64,000 nucleotides of DNA from contig CAVTRY010000018.1 in the NCBI GenBank assembly GCA_963737265.1, forward strand, positions 160,001 through 224,000. Direction: 5' to 3'. The first letter of the stretch is position 1, and the number at the start of each line of letters is the position of its first letter. The DNA comes from an uncultured delta proteobacterium. GTDB taxonomy: Bacteria > Myxococcota_A > Polyangia > Fen-1088. The notes below the pieces were generated by a model. That model did not search any database. It saw nothing but the letters and a program-made list of their open reading frames with translations, and had not been told where the DNA came from. The position numbers and the translations under genes are program-made. Shown here in pieces: positions 38,897 to 50,000 of the stretch.

Positions 38897-41800
38897 GACG
38901 TCTTAGACTTGTATTGCTGTCCGCCTTCCTGGTTGCGAGTTGTTCAGCAGCCCCTCCGGTTATTCCGACCAGGAACCTGCAAGATCCGATCGACATGACC
39001 TTCGTTTGTCTATCGGTTCCAACCGGAAGCCAGACGCTTTCGGGCCAGTCCATGGACGCTTGCCACGCGCGCACCTTGCCCGACCCGTTGGTGTCTCTCG
39101 GCGGCCCCAGAAATCTTGGCACGTTTGGTTTTGTCGCCAACTCCAGCCTGAATGAATTGGCCGTGGCGGACATGGACCGCGGGCTCATGGTCGACCTGTC
39201 TCCCGAAACCGCCGGCTATGGAATGCTCCCGGTCGGGGGAAATCCTGAAGCCCTCGCTGCGAGCCATGACGGCTGCTGGGTTGTCACCGCGAATAGGTCA
39301 AGCTGCGACTTCACCCTGGTGGATCCATCTCGCTTGCTCGTCAGTACTTTCTCAACCTCGACTGCCCAGGTGTCGTCCGCGACTGGTCCAGGAGACGTCG
39401 CTCACCGTCTAGTCGTCCAAACCGGATCGGGCAGGGCGCTTCACACGTCGACCGGCGAAATCGCGTTTCTTCCATCCCCGTCGCCACTGTCTCCTCCATC
39501 CGCAAAGACAGGGACGTGCCAGGATAACCCCATGCCTCGGGCGGTCGCAACCTTTCCAAGCTGCGACTTGGTGGCGCTGCTCGACTTCTCGTTCGAAAAT
39601 GGGACAGCGACCATTGTAAGCTCGTACTACGTTCGGGGTGGTTTCCAGGCAGCAGGAACGGAACCGGTGTGCCCAAGCGATTGCGCCCCGGCCGCGACGA
39701 GTGCCGATAGCGGTGTCGCCCCCGACGGTGGGGGCGCCGGGACGGCTGCGCTCGACGGCGGGACGGCGCCCCTCGACAGTGGGACGGCTCCACTCGACAG
39801 TGGCACGGCTGCGCAGGCTTCGCCGACGTTGTACTTGCAGCCGCTGGCACTGGTACCGGATGGCACGCGTGTCTACGTAGCGAGCATGATGGACACGGCG
39901 GTGACGTCCCTCGACATCAGCGATGCCGGGCTCGCCAATCCATTGCGCCTTGAGCTGGCCGAGAATCCCGGGGGCGTCACTCGTCTGCGTTTGGCGGTCG
40001 ATTCGTATGCCGCGCAGTTCGTTGTCGGTCCGGACGGCAGCAACGTCCCGGTGCAGGGACAGTTTCTTAACAATCGAGGGAAGTTCCTTTATGCCTTCAC
40101 GCGCGACGACTCGGTTCGCGTCGTGGAAGTGGAGGACAACGCGCCACCGCAGGAATGCGACGTCAACATCATTCTCCAGCGTAACGAACAAGACCCGACC
40201 ACGTCCCAGCTTGCTCCCAATTGTTTTCCCGTCGGATCGGCGCCGAGACGACCGCTGGCACAGGGGCCGGGGATTCGGATTCCGACGTTTTCCAACCCGG
40301 ACAGTCCACCGCCCGCACCCCGCGATCTGGCATTCGCGGATCTCGAACCAATTGCGACCGACGCCAACGTGCATTCACTCAGCGGCCAGTACGGATTCCT
40401 GCTCGGCTCCAACGGCCTTGTCTACGCAATCAACCTGGCTCCGGGCAATGGGGTTAATTCAGTTCCCAACAACGAAAACCCGATCTCTCAACCCGATCTC
40501 GCCTGCACGGGTTGTTCCTCGACTTTCAAATCCTCCGCGTCATCTTCGTGCAATAATACTTGTGAGCCTCCAACCTGTCCGTCGACGGTGACGGCAACAA
40601 ACTCTTTCCGCGATCTTCGGACGGTCGACTGCAACATCGAGACCCCCATTGCGATCAGTATTGCCCCGCAGCGTACGGCGGTCCTTTCCAACCAATCTTT
40701 CGCGACCACAGCGAGTTTCTCGGCACTCGATGGCCCGCTGATCAAGTCGTTTTCCTACGGCAGCGACGTGACGCCCAATTGGCTGGACTTCCCAGATCTC
40801 AATACGATCGTTTCTCGTTCGTGGGACGTCACTTGGGAAGGCGTGTTGCCTGGGACTGATCGTCGGAGCGGGATAGTTCAAGGCGCGCCCACGACGGCCT
40901 CGGCAGGAGTGGTGACCGACGCGGGCGGCGAGTTCTGCACCAAGGGCGTTCAGGCCGGTGACATCGTGATGTTCCCTGGCTGCACCCAGAACTCGGATTG
41001 CCAGCCGGACGATCAATTCTCGTGTCAAGCGACGGTGTCAGGCGCCAACAGCATGTGTCTGCCGATTGACGGATCGGCTAGCGCCGCGCTCGTCAATGAT
41101 CCCAAATGCTCGCGATTGATGGGAAGTCGCATGCGCTACGAAGTCACAAGCTCTTCCTCGACCTCGCTGGTTCTTGGCCTAAAGCTCGACGAGGTTCCCA
41201 AGACCAAGCTCAACCCTTGCACGCAAGATTCCGACTGTCGACCTGATGTCGAGCACGGCCAGATTCAGGGAGCAAGAAACGACGGCGGCGTAGGCAACGG
41301 ATTCGAATGCCTGTCTCTCAACCCGCAGGATACTCTCAATCCTGATCTCCGTTGTGTCGAGCGCTGCTCGGACGACAGTCAGTGCCGACCCGGCCACGTA
41401 TGCGGCCAAGTTCCCGGCGCATATCCCTCCTTGTGCGTCGAAGCGCCACCCATCGATCCGACATGTTTTCCCCAGCCCATGACCCGTTACCAAGTGCAAG
41501 CCGGCAAGAGCTACATGGTCTACGGGTCTTCCATGCCGAGCCTGCACACCGGCAGGGTTCTCAACCCGGGGACAGCTGCGGAAACTTGCGCGGTGGACAC
41601 CAGTGGCGACGTGTCTCTGGTGAACAGAATCCCGCTTTCTGCCCCGGAGTGCCCCAAAGACAACAACTTTCTGGCCCAAGCTTCGGTCGGTTCCACCACA
41701 TTCGTCCAGCAGCTGACGGCTCTGCCTGGTAGCAATCCCTGCCTTTACTCGGGTCCGTATCACGACGGCGACGCGACTGAATCCCCCGACGCTGGAGTCA

Positions 41801-42201
41801 ATGACAGCAGCCACATTCGCGCCTTCTTCCAAAATCCGCAGATCCGTTTCGTTCTCGCCAATCTTGATGAATACGCCGGCGACCTGCTCTCGATCCATTT
41901 CGAGCTGCAGTACGGCTTTATTCCATTGACGGTGCAAATCCCAAGCTACGAGGTCCTGGTCACGCTGGGAACGCGGATTCTTACCGGGCCAACCAAGACG
42001 CCCGAGAGTCCAATTCGGCTGCAGAATCCGCCGACCAGCTTCGTTTCCTATCCCTACCTCTACGTCGTCGATCAAGGACGCTCGGCGCTCACTCCCGCCA
42101 GCCGGGGCCAGGTCTTGCGCATCAACCCACGCGCTGGCAGCAACGAAATTGCCACCTTCGACACGACCATTTCAGGAAGCACTCCCTTTCAACTCCAGTA
42201 G
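38893..42201 (+). CDS. Large Cys-rich lipoprotein with beta-propeller-like segments
   Basis: ATGA overlap with the previous gene. Lipobox VAS-C, many CxxDxDC motifs, YLYVVDQG. Confidence 0.75.
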   Translation: MRRLRLVLLSAFLVASCSAAPPVIPTRNLQDPIDMTFVCLSVPTGSQTLSGQSMDACHARTLPDPLVSLGGPRNLGTFGFVANSSLNELAVADMDRGLMVDLSPETAGYGMLPVGGNPEALAASHDGCWVVTANRSSCDFTLVDPSRLLVSTFSTSTAQVSSATGPGDVAHRLVVQTGSGRALHTSTGEIAFLPSPSPLSPPSAKTGTCQDNPMPRAVATFPSCDLVALLDFSFENGTATIVSSYYVRGGFQAAGTEPVCPSDCAPAATSADSGVAPDGGGAGTAALDGGTAPLDSGTAPLDSGTAAQASPTLYLQPLALVPDGTRVYVASMMDTAVTSLDISDAGLANPLRLELAENPGGVTRLRLAVDSYAAQFVVGPDGSNVPVQGQFLNNRGKFLYAFTRDDSVRVVEVEDNAPPQECDVNIILQRNEQDPTTSQLAPNCFPVGSAPRRPLAQGPGIRIPTFSNPDSPPPAPRDLAFADLEPIATDANVHSLSGQYGFLLGSNGLVYAINLAPGNGVNSVPNNENPISQPDLACTGCSSTFKSSASSSCNNTCEPPTCPSTVTATNSFRDLRTVDCNIETPIAISIAPQRTAVLSNQSFATTASFSALDGPLIKSFSYGSDVTPNWLDFPDLNTIVSRSWDVTWEGVLPGTDRRSGIVQGAPTTASAGVVTDAGGEFCTKGVQAGDIVMFPGCTQNSDCQPDDQFSCQATVSGANSMCLPIDGSASAALVNDPKCSRLMGSRMRYEVTSSSSTSLVLGLKLDEVPKTKLNPCTQDSDCRPDVEHGQIQGARNDGGVGNGFECLSLNPQDTLNPDLRCVERCSDDSQCRPGHVCGQVPGAYPSLCVEAPPIDPTCFPQPMTRYQVQAGKSYMVYGSSMPSLHTGRVLNPGTAAETCAVDTSGDVSLVNRIPLSAPECPKDNNFLAQASVGSTTFVQQLTALPGSNPCLYSGPYHDGDATESPDAGVNDSSHIRAFFQNPQIRFVLANLDEYAGDLLSIHFELQYGFIPLTVQIPSYEVLVTLGTRILTGPTKTPESPIRLQNPPTSFVSYPYLYVVDQGRSALTPASRGQVLRINPRAGSNEIATFDTTISGSTPFQLQ
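39739..39814 (+). repeat. About 3.5 copies of an in-frame 21-bp repeat (GTAPLDS)
   Basis: gggacggctgcgctcgacggc / gggacggcgcccctcgacagt / gggacggctccactcgacagt / ggcacggctgcgc. Confidence 0.8.
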
Positions 42202-42240
42202 CTCGGTTTCCAAGGCGGAAACCTCGGAAACCCGACGAAG

Positions 42241-42270
42241 TTGACAAGCAGTGGGGTATTCACCTACATT
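42241..42270 (+). promoter_or_regulatory. Sigma70-type promoter, probably leaderless transcript
   Basis: TTGACA-N18-TACATT, with ATG at 42279 and no SD. Confidence 0.6.
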
Positions 42271-42278
42271 GTAGACAA

Positions 42279-42599
42279 ATGAGCGACAGCGTCCGCATGG
42301 TTGTCCAAGAGATCCTCTGCCGAGCGGTCGGGGAGGCTCAGGCGGATGGATTGCTGGCTCAAGTTCCCCTCCAGATCCCTCAGAAGGTGCACGGCGACCG
42401 CATCCTGCCGCAGCAACGCCAGCGCGTGGGCGACTGGCATGCGACGCGGGACTGGCGCAAAGCTGCGGCTTGCCTCGCTTGGACCGCTGCCATTCGCCAA
42501 GTTCTGGAAGTAGCGTTGTCTTTGCTCGGCGTTTCGGCCCCACAAGAGATGAAGCGCGCGGACGCGGCCGAAGATCGTGCCGCGCTGGACGAACCCTAG
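42279..42599 (+). pseudogene. argS: Internally deleted arginine--tRNA ligase remnant (N-terminus fused to end of DALR domain)
   Basis: C-terminal LAWTAAIRQVLEVALSLLGVSAPQEM matches the ArgRS terminus. No HIGH motif. Lies directly upstream of a SPOR gene. Confidence 0.7.
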
Positions 42600-42638
42600 T
42601 TTCTCAATTCATTGACCGATTTCGCCGAGGAGCAAGCC

Positions 42639-43508
42639 ATGGGATACACTTCAGGAGCTGCGATGGAAGATCGAGGCCTGCGTGACATCGAACGTTGGCG
42701 CGACAAGATCGAGGTTCGCCTCGACAATCGTCAGGTCTTTTTTCTGTTTTTCGGTAGTGCGCTCGTGGCGTGCATGCTGTTCGTTCTCGGCGTGATCGTG
42801 GGCAAGCGCCTGGAATCGCGCGGGCGCGCCATCTCGCCGGACATCGAGGATCCCCTGGCCCTGCTCGACAAGGTCGCTACCAGTCCGCGCCCCGCGCCGT
42901 CGGGCGTGACGTTTCCACAGGCTCTATTGGGGACCCCCAGCAAGGCATCGGCCGCGGATAGGCACGTAAAGAAGGAGACGCTGCCTCTTCACCCCGCCGC
43001 CAACGATCGCGCCACGGCAGTGAAGCCAATTGCGTTGGCCGAACCCGTTGCGCTCCCGGCCGAGGTGAGTAGCGGAAAGGGAGCCGCCGCTCGAACGACA
43101 GCGACGGAAGGCAAATCTCCGCCCGTCGCGAAGGCTGAAAACAGATCCGGTGAGACGTCTGCATCAGACAAGGCAGGCGACTCCAAACCAAGCCCCCCAC
43201 AGGCAAGGCTTGCCACGACCAAGGAAGCCAAGCCCGCCTCGATTCCGACTATCGCGGCCGGCGTCGACAGCAAGAACAAGGGCCGCTTTACCCTGCAGCT
43301 AAGCTCGTTCCAGGACAAGACCGAGGCTGAGGCCTTCGCCCAGAAGTTCGACGGCGAACGCCCCTACATGGTCGTCTCGGAAATTCCCGGCAAGGGCACC
43401 TGGTACCGGGTTCGCGTGGGCGACTACCCATCAGCCAAGGATGCCGCAGCGGCCAAGCAATCCTTCGAAAAGAAACACAGCGTGATCGCCTACGTGGCGC
43501 AGAAGTAG
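42639..43508 (+). CDS. SPOR-domain membrane protein (FtsN/DedD-like)
   Basis: SD GAGGAG, single TM, low-complexity linker, FTLQLSSF, WYRVRVG. Confidence 0.88.
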   Translation: MGYTSGAAMEDRGLRDIERWRDKIEVRLDNRQVFFLFFGSALVACMLFVLGVIVGKRLESRGRAISPDIEDPLALLDKVATSPRPAPSGVTFPQALLGTPSKASAADRHVKKETLPLHPAANDRATAVKPIALAEPVALPAEVSSGKGAAARTTATEGKSPPVAKAENRSGETSASDKAGDSKPSPPQARLATTKEAKPASIPTIAAGVDSKNKGRFTLQLSSFQDKTEAEAFAQKFDGERPYMVVSEIPGKGTWYRVRVGDYPSAKDAAAAKQSFEKKHSVIAYVAQK

Positions 43509-43525
43509 GCGGGGGCTTTGCCTCG

Positions 43526-43945
43526 TTACGAGGTAAGGTGATCCGCCTGCAGCGAGATGACGTCTAGGTCTTTGAGCAGCCCGACCAGCTTGTCGCGTGC
43601 GATGGGCTTGACCAGGTAGCCATCGCAGAGCTCCCGATAGGCTGCCGTCACGTTTTCGATATCGCGCAAGGCTGTCGTCATGACGATTTTGGCGGCTCGG
43701 CTCGGCGGACACGCCGCTGCCTCTTCCTGCGCGCGGATCGCCTTGAGGGCGGCCTGTCCGTCCATCTCCGGCATCATGATGTCCATGCACACGAGTGCAT
43801 AGGTCTCGCCGCTCGCCTGCGCAAGCCGGCAAGCTTCGACCGCCTCTTTCCCGTTGACGGCGACGTCGCACGAACCGAAGGCCTCCAGCATCTTCTTGAG
43901 AAGCAGACGGCTGGTCAGGTCATCTTCCACAATGAGTATTCGCAT
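43526..43945 (-). CDS. Single-domain response regulator
   Basis: ILIVEDD, MDIMMPEMDG, MTTA, YLVKPI. Confidence 0.92.
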   Translation of the reverse strand: MRILIVEDDLTSRLLLKKMLEAFGSCDVAVNGKEAVEACRLAQASGETYALVCMDIMMPEMDGQAALKAIRAQEEAAACPPSRAAKIVMTTALRDIENVTAAYRELCDGYLVKPIARDKLVGLLKDLDVISLQADHLTS

Positions 43946-44044
43946 GCCAATTTCTCCGAAGACGCCCAGGCATGGATCTTTCCTTCGGCCCCGGTGCAAG
44001 CTGGATCATCGGCAGAAGTGGGCGGAAATGAAGCTCGGGATGTT

Positions 44045-47000
44045 CTAGAACATGAGTCCAACGTTGAAGTGCACCCTCCAGGTATCGTCACCGGGCTGGC
44101 GATTCAGGGGAACGGCGAACGAGAGGCTGACGTCTCCAACCGGCAGCTTGATGACGACGGGAGAGAAACCCGCGCCGTGGCGAAAGTCCGATGTCGCGAT
44201 ATCGTTCAGCCCATAGCCAACCACGCCGCTGTCCAAGAACACCGAGCCATAGAGCGGCGGCGCGATGGGAAATTGGAGCTCGATGTTTTGCAGGATGCGC
44301 AGGTTGCCGCCGAGCGGGCGATACTGCACGTACGTCAGGCCGGTTGGCCCTTGCACGCGCACGGTCTCGGTCAACGCATAGTCAAGCTGATATCCGCGAA
44401 TCGTGGTGTCTCCACCTGCGGGAAAGCGCTCCACCTTGGGAAGGAGGGCGGCGCCGCCGAGCGGAATCCCCTGATCGTACCGGAAGGTGTAGTGCAAGCT
44501 CAGCCATGGAAGGATGGGGACGACGGAGAAGCCGCGACCAAACACCTTCACGAAGGAGTCCTGTCCCACGTCGAAGAAAAACGCCGGCAATGCCACCTCC
44601 ACGCCAGCAGAGACCTTAAATCCCCGTGACGGGATGAGCGGATGGTCGAGCCGCTGCCAGTCGACGCCCGCGCTCAGGCTGCTAATGAAGGTTCCGATTC
44701 GTACCGTGGTTTCGTCTTGAAACGCAGCGCTCTGCGCGTCCCGAACCAGCATTTCGGTGCGCGACGTGTTGCGCAGGTTGTAGCGAAGGTTGGCGTCGAC
44801 GCCCGGATACATCTCGCGCGAAAATCCGATGGAGCCGGTCCCCGAATGAACATCGCCCAGGCGGACCGTCGCCTGGCGCAGGTAGCCGACATTGGCTTCG
44901 AGCCGAAACAGCGAGCCGAAGAACCGTGGGTTCTGGAAAGTGGCGGTTACGCTGGTCAGCGAAGATCCGGTCGCTCCCACGGCCGTGAGCGTCCAGCCAT
45001 GGCCGAACAGATTGCGGTGCTCGTAGCCGAGCGTTCCATAAAGGCCGAGTGCGGGAAACGAGGCGCCGGGCGGCGCTTGGTCGGTCGATCCTCCTCCGCC
45101 GACTCTGAGCACGCCGTAGTGATCGTGGCGCTCCTCCACTTCGACGAGCATCGGCACGATGGCGTCGCTGGTGCCGGCGTTGGGAAAACTGATCGGGTTC
45201 GGGTTGTTGAACAGTTGGATGAGCGCCAGATTGCGCTGCGCACGCTCGAAACCGTGGACGGTCAAGACGTCGCCGGTGCGGAACTCGGCCCAGGTCAAGA
45301 TGGTGCTGTCGGTGGTGAGAAAATTGCCGCGCAGGAAGATGGGACCTACGCGGACCTGCGGGCCCAGCTTGATTTGCCAGGTGATGTCCATCTGCTCGCC
45401 GTGCCGCGTGCTCTTGGCTTCGACCTGGGCGTAACGGTAGCCCTCGTCGCCAAGGGCACGTTTGATGCGACTTTCGTCGCGCCGGACCAGCGCCGGCTGG
45501 TACGCGCCACCGGCAGTAGTCCGCAAGGAATTGAGAAAGAAGTCGTCGTCGCGGGGAAGTTTTTCGCCAGCCACCACGCACTCGAACTGCATCCCGGCCA
45601 CCCACACGAGTGGGGATTCTTCGATAACAAAGCGGACGTAGAGGCTGTCGGCCGCGCGCCATAACGACTCCTCGTCGCCCTCGATGGTCGCGGTAAGCGG
45701 GCGCCATCGCCCGGGTCGTGGTGCGATCTCCGCGCGCACCTTGGTTTCGGGATAGCCGACGGCCGCGTAGTGATCGGTCAGGCTCTGCAGGTCGAGCTCA
45801 AGCTGGCGCAAGCTCGCATAACCACCCTTGCCGAGGCCGAGAATGCCGAGCGCAGGGTATTCCCGCGTGCGAATGACATCAGCCAACCCATCGGATGAGA
45901 TCGCGCGGTTACCCACGAACGAGATGCCGCGGACCTTGAGCTCCGGTCCCTCGTCGATAACGAATACGATACGATCGGAATCCTCCGAAAGACGCTCGCG
46001 GCGCCACTTCACCTTGACCAACATGTGGCCGCGCTCGTGATAGGCCTGCTCAAGCGCGGCGGCGCTCGCGGTCGCTTCGACGTCATCGTAGGCGCCGTGG
46101 GACAGCAGGGTCAGCGACTCGAGCAAGGCCCCCGAGGATTGCGAGCGATTGCCCTCGAAGGCGACCTCGATGTGCCGCCGTTCGCGGATGTCGATTCCCA
46201 GGCGGATGTTCTTCGCGCTGTGGTCGACGCTGGTGTTGGGGTCGAAATCCTCCTGGATGCGCACGCCGGGAAAGCCGATCTTGCGGTATCTGCTGACCAA
46301 GGCGGCTATGTCCTGGTGAAGGTCTGCACGCCGAAATGGCTTGGGCAGCATCCACCCCCAATGCCAATCCCCATGCCGAAAGCCGTCCTCGATACTTTCG
46401 GTCGGGACGGCGGTAGCTCCCGTCACCTTGAGGGGACCGAGCGGGTACGCCGGTCCCAGCTCGAACGCGAATCACCAGATTGATCTCGGCGGGGACTTTG
46501 CCGTTGTCGTGCAATTCGAGGCGGACCCTCGCTTCCCAGTAGCCTTGCGCACGAAGAAAGTCTCGGACGTGGTCAGCCTCGCTGGCGATGAACGTGTCGC
46601 GTGCCAAACCGGACGGTGGCAGTCTTTGTCCGGGGCGAATACTGAGTTTGCCGATGAGATCCTGCTGGCGAGGGCCGGTAATAAAGGGGAAGGGCTCGTT
46701 GCCCGACACGTAAACCTGCCGCACGCGATCGAAGGCACGAAGGTGAATTCCGAGCCTGACGCCGTCGCCTTCGCGAGCGACAGCAACATCTGCGGAGTAG
46801 CCGATAGACTCAAGAACGCGTTTGAGGCGAGCCACCGTGCCGATAGGTACGCCGACCCGATCAGCGTCGCCCGAGGCAACCAGGGGTGCGCCCCGACCTG
46901 CGACGGTGTCCAGGAGAGCCTCCACGCGGCCGGGCGGATCGATACTGCCCTCGACCACGATTGCGCGGATCGGCGGCGCGGCGGCGCTGTCCTCGCCGCG

Positions 47001-47096
47001 CGCGCGGCTGCTAACCGTCAGGAGCAAGATTCCCGCGGCAAAGGTGGCAAGGATGGATGGCCGGAACACCCAGACTTTCAGTCGGTTTCGGATCAT
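44045..47096 (-). CDS. Omp85 family (BamA/TamA-like) outer-membrane protein, 1-bp frameshift near 46465
   Basis: Multiple POTRA domains, GGDTTIRGY, C-terminal FNVGLMF. ORFs 46083-47231 and 44045-46426 join if one T is removed. Confidence 0.85.
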
Positions 47097-50000
47097 GGGA
47101 ACGGGTTGCGCAGTGGGTATTCGACGGTCAGTTCTAGGCGAAGACTGTTGGTCTGGATGGGGATTCCCTGCTGTAGAGAGTAGGTCAGACGATCGCCAAT
47201 CACTCGACCGGTCAGGTAGTCGCAGACCCAAGCCAGCAGCAGCGCGCGGTAGCGTTCCTGGTTCTGAAAGCCGCGCCGATAGGACAATTCGAGATCAAAC
47301 TCGCGCGTGACGCGCGCGATTGCTGTGACCTCGACCCCGTCGGCGCCCACGGTTGGCCGGAGATCCAACTTTCGTCCGGTGAGAACCTGTAGCGTATCGT
47401 CGATAAAGGGTTCGACTAAGCTCGAACACGGCATCGCGTGAAACCTGGCCGAGCATGTCGAGCCCGCTCTGCCGATTCATGCCAAAAATCTGCCCGTTGT
47501 TGCCGCTGAGGTCGTCCGTCGTCCGTCCGGCCAGTAGGAGCAACATGGTCTGGTTGCGATCCATCCCGTCGGTGGTTGACAGGTCGATGGTCGCCTGGTT
47601 GATAGGACCGCTGATGCGCATCTGGACGATGTGTTCATTGCCCGAGCCATCGACAACGGTGTTCTGGGCTTCCAAGTTCAATTCGGGCGTATCGCCCGTG
47701 GCGATCGACTTGGTGGAGACGAAGGTTATGTGGTTGACGTTGGGAGAAAGCTCGAAATTGCCCTGCAGGCCGATGATGTGAAAGCGGCCGTCGGTGGGAC
47801 GAATCTCGCCCGACAGGGTGGGTTGGGCGAGCGTTCCGCCGACACCGAGATCGACGACGACGTAGATTTCCGGTGCCAGATTGTTGTGGATGACGAAACC
47901 GTCGCCTTCGGTGCGAACGCGAAGATTGAGGGCGAGATTTTCGAGCAGCGGCTCGCCTCGCCAGAACGGCCGCGAGGCCGATTCGTTGATGCGCGCCGAG
48001 AGCACCAGATTGCGCACGTCGAAATCCTGTAGGTAGCGACCGGAGATGAGACGAACCTCCCCAGCCAGGGAAAGCCCGTCGCTGGGATTGCCCGTGAGCT
48101 CCATCACCAGCGAGAGATCGTCCACCTCGACGCCTGCATCGCGGTAGCCTAAGCGGTTTCCTTGCAGGGGCAGGTCGACGGAATCCCACTTGAATTCGGG
48201 ACGCAAGCTTCGTATGCGCACCCGGCCTGGGCGCACGCCCGCCGCACCGATTAACAGCTCGCCCTCGTCGTTTAGGTGGACCCTCACGTCGCGTAGGAGT
48301 AGCTCATGCTGGGACAGCTCGACGATGCCGCTTTTGATCGCGACCTGGCCGCTGATTCCACGCAGGCGCATCTGAATTTCGCCCAGGTTGATACGGGCCG
48401 CGACGATCGGATCGTCGAGGGTCCCCGCTACGCTGGCCGAAATCGCCGCCTTGCCGCTCACGTCTGAGACCGCGCTCGGCGCGATGGATTCAAGCAGGCT
48501 CGCACTGACATCTCCGTCGGCCTTGAGGGCGACGATGGTGGGAACAAAACCCGGACCGAGGGTCACCTTGCCTCCGAGCTTCAGCGTGGCATCCGCGATA
48601 GTCACCGCCAGGTCGCTTAGCTCCACCGCCGAAGACGTCAGGCGCAGCGTGCCAGAGGGAATCGAGACCGCGTGATCGAAGGCGCGCGCTTCCACCCGCA
48701 CCGGACGAAGGATGCCGATCTGCCCCGTCAGGTCGGGTTGCTTAACCGAACCGTCGACATGCACCTCCAAACCGATTCCGCCGCGTAGGGATTTGAACTG
48801 ACCGGCGAGAAATGGTTGCAGGAGCTCCAGATCCAGCCGGCCGCCGATGTCGGCCTTCACCGCCCGGTCTATCACGTCGCCTTTCGCATTCTTGAGCGGG
48901 CTTACCCGGGCGGACAGGGTGAATTCTCCTCCCTCTGCGACCAGGCGAACCGGATCCAGCACGACCTTTTCCGTGTCCGTAACAACGTGAAGGGTGTTGG
49001 CATTCTTCAACCAAACCTTTTCGTTTCCGGTGCTGCCATCGTCGTGCTCGACCGCGCGTGTGATCGACGCATCCAATTCAGAAAGCTCGACCTCGATGAC
49101 GGGTAGGCGCCCCGGCTGAAGGTCGAGACCCACCCGGCCCGAGAGCGCGGCTCTGATCCCTTGCTTGCTAAGCTCGGGGACGAGCTCCTCGACGAGAACG
49201 TGGGTGAATGAAAGCTGGGCCTTGGCACGGACGCCAGTCGCGCCGTAGCCCGCGGTTGCGTCGAGCTTGAGCCGGTCGAACAACATCCCGTCGACAGCCA
49301 CGCCACCGTCGTCGGTTGGCTTTAGCGCGAGCGTCGCGCTGCCCAGGCGCACGCCGAATGCGTTCACCTTGGACAGAACGATGTTCCCTTCGACCTTGGG
49401 CGCGCGGAGAGCGCCTGTCACGTGCAGGTCGACGGACAGACTTCCCGTGACCGGCGTATCCAACTTTGCGGCGGCCAAGATGGCGGCAACGGGTAGATCG
49501 AGAATTTTGATGTGCCAGTCCAGCGGCAGCGTGTTTTTTGCAAGACCGATGCGCCCCTCAATCTGAATTTCGCCGCCGCCGTTGCCGGCTAGATGGCAGA
49601 GGCGGACCACGAGCCCATCCTTGTCAGCCTCGACATCGATGCCTTCAAGCAGCCACTCCTGGCCAAGAACCGCGACCTTGGTGCCAGCGGGCACCCGAAA
49701 ATGCACCTTCGGCTTCTTGACCGTACCGGTGGCCTCGAGCGTGAACGAAACTTGTCCGGTGGCAATACCCGACGCAATCAGGTCGTGCAGGGAAAGCTGT
49801 TTGCCATCGAGATGGAAATCGAGCACGGGTGACGAGAGCAATCGCGCCATGTGCTTTTCAAAGAGCTGGGCTGTTCCGCCGCCATCGAGCGCGCCACCGG
49901 CGATTCCGGCGTGCAGAGAATCGACAGTCAGGGTTCCGTCGCGCAGGTGAAAGTCCGTTTGCAGCTTGCCGATGCCGGGAATCCCCGTGGTGCCACCACC

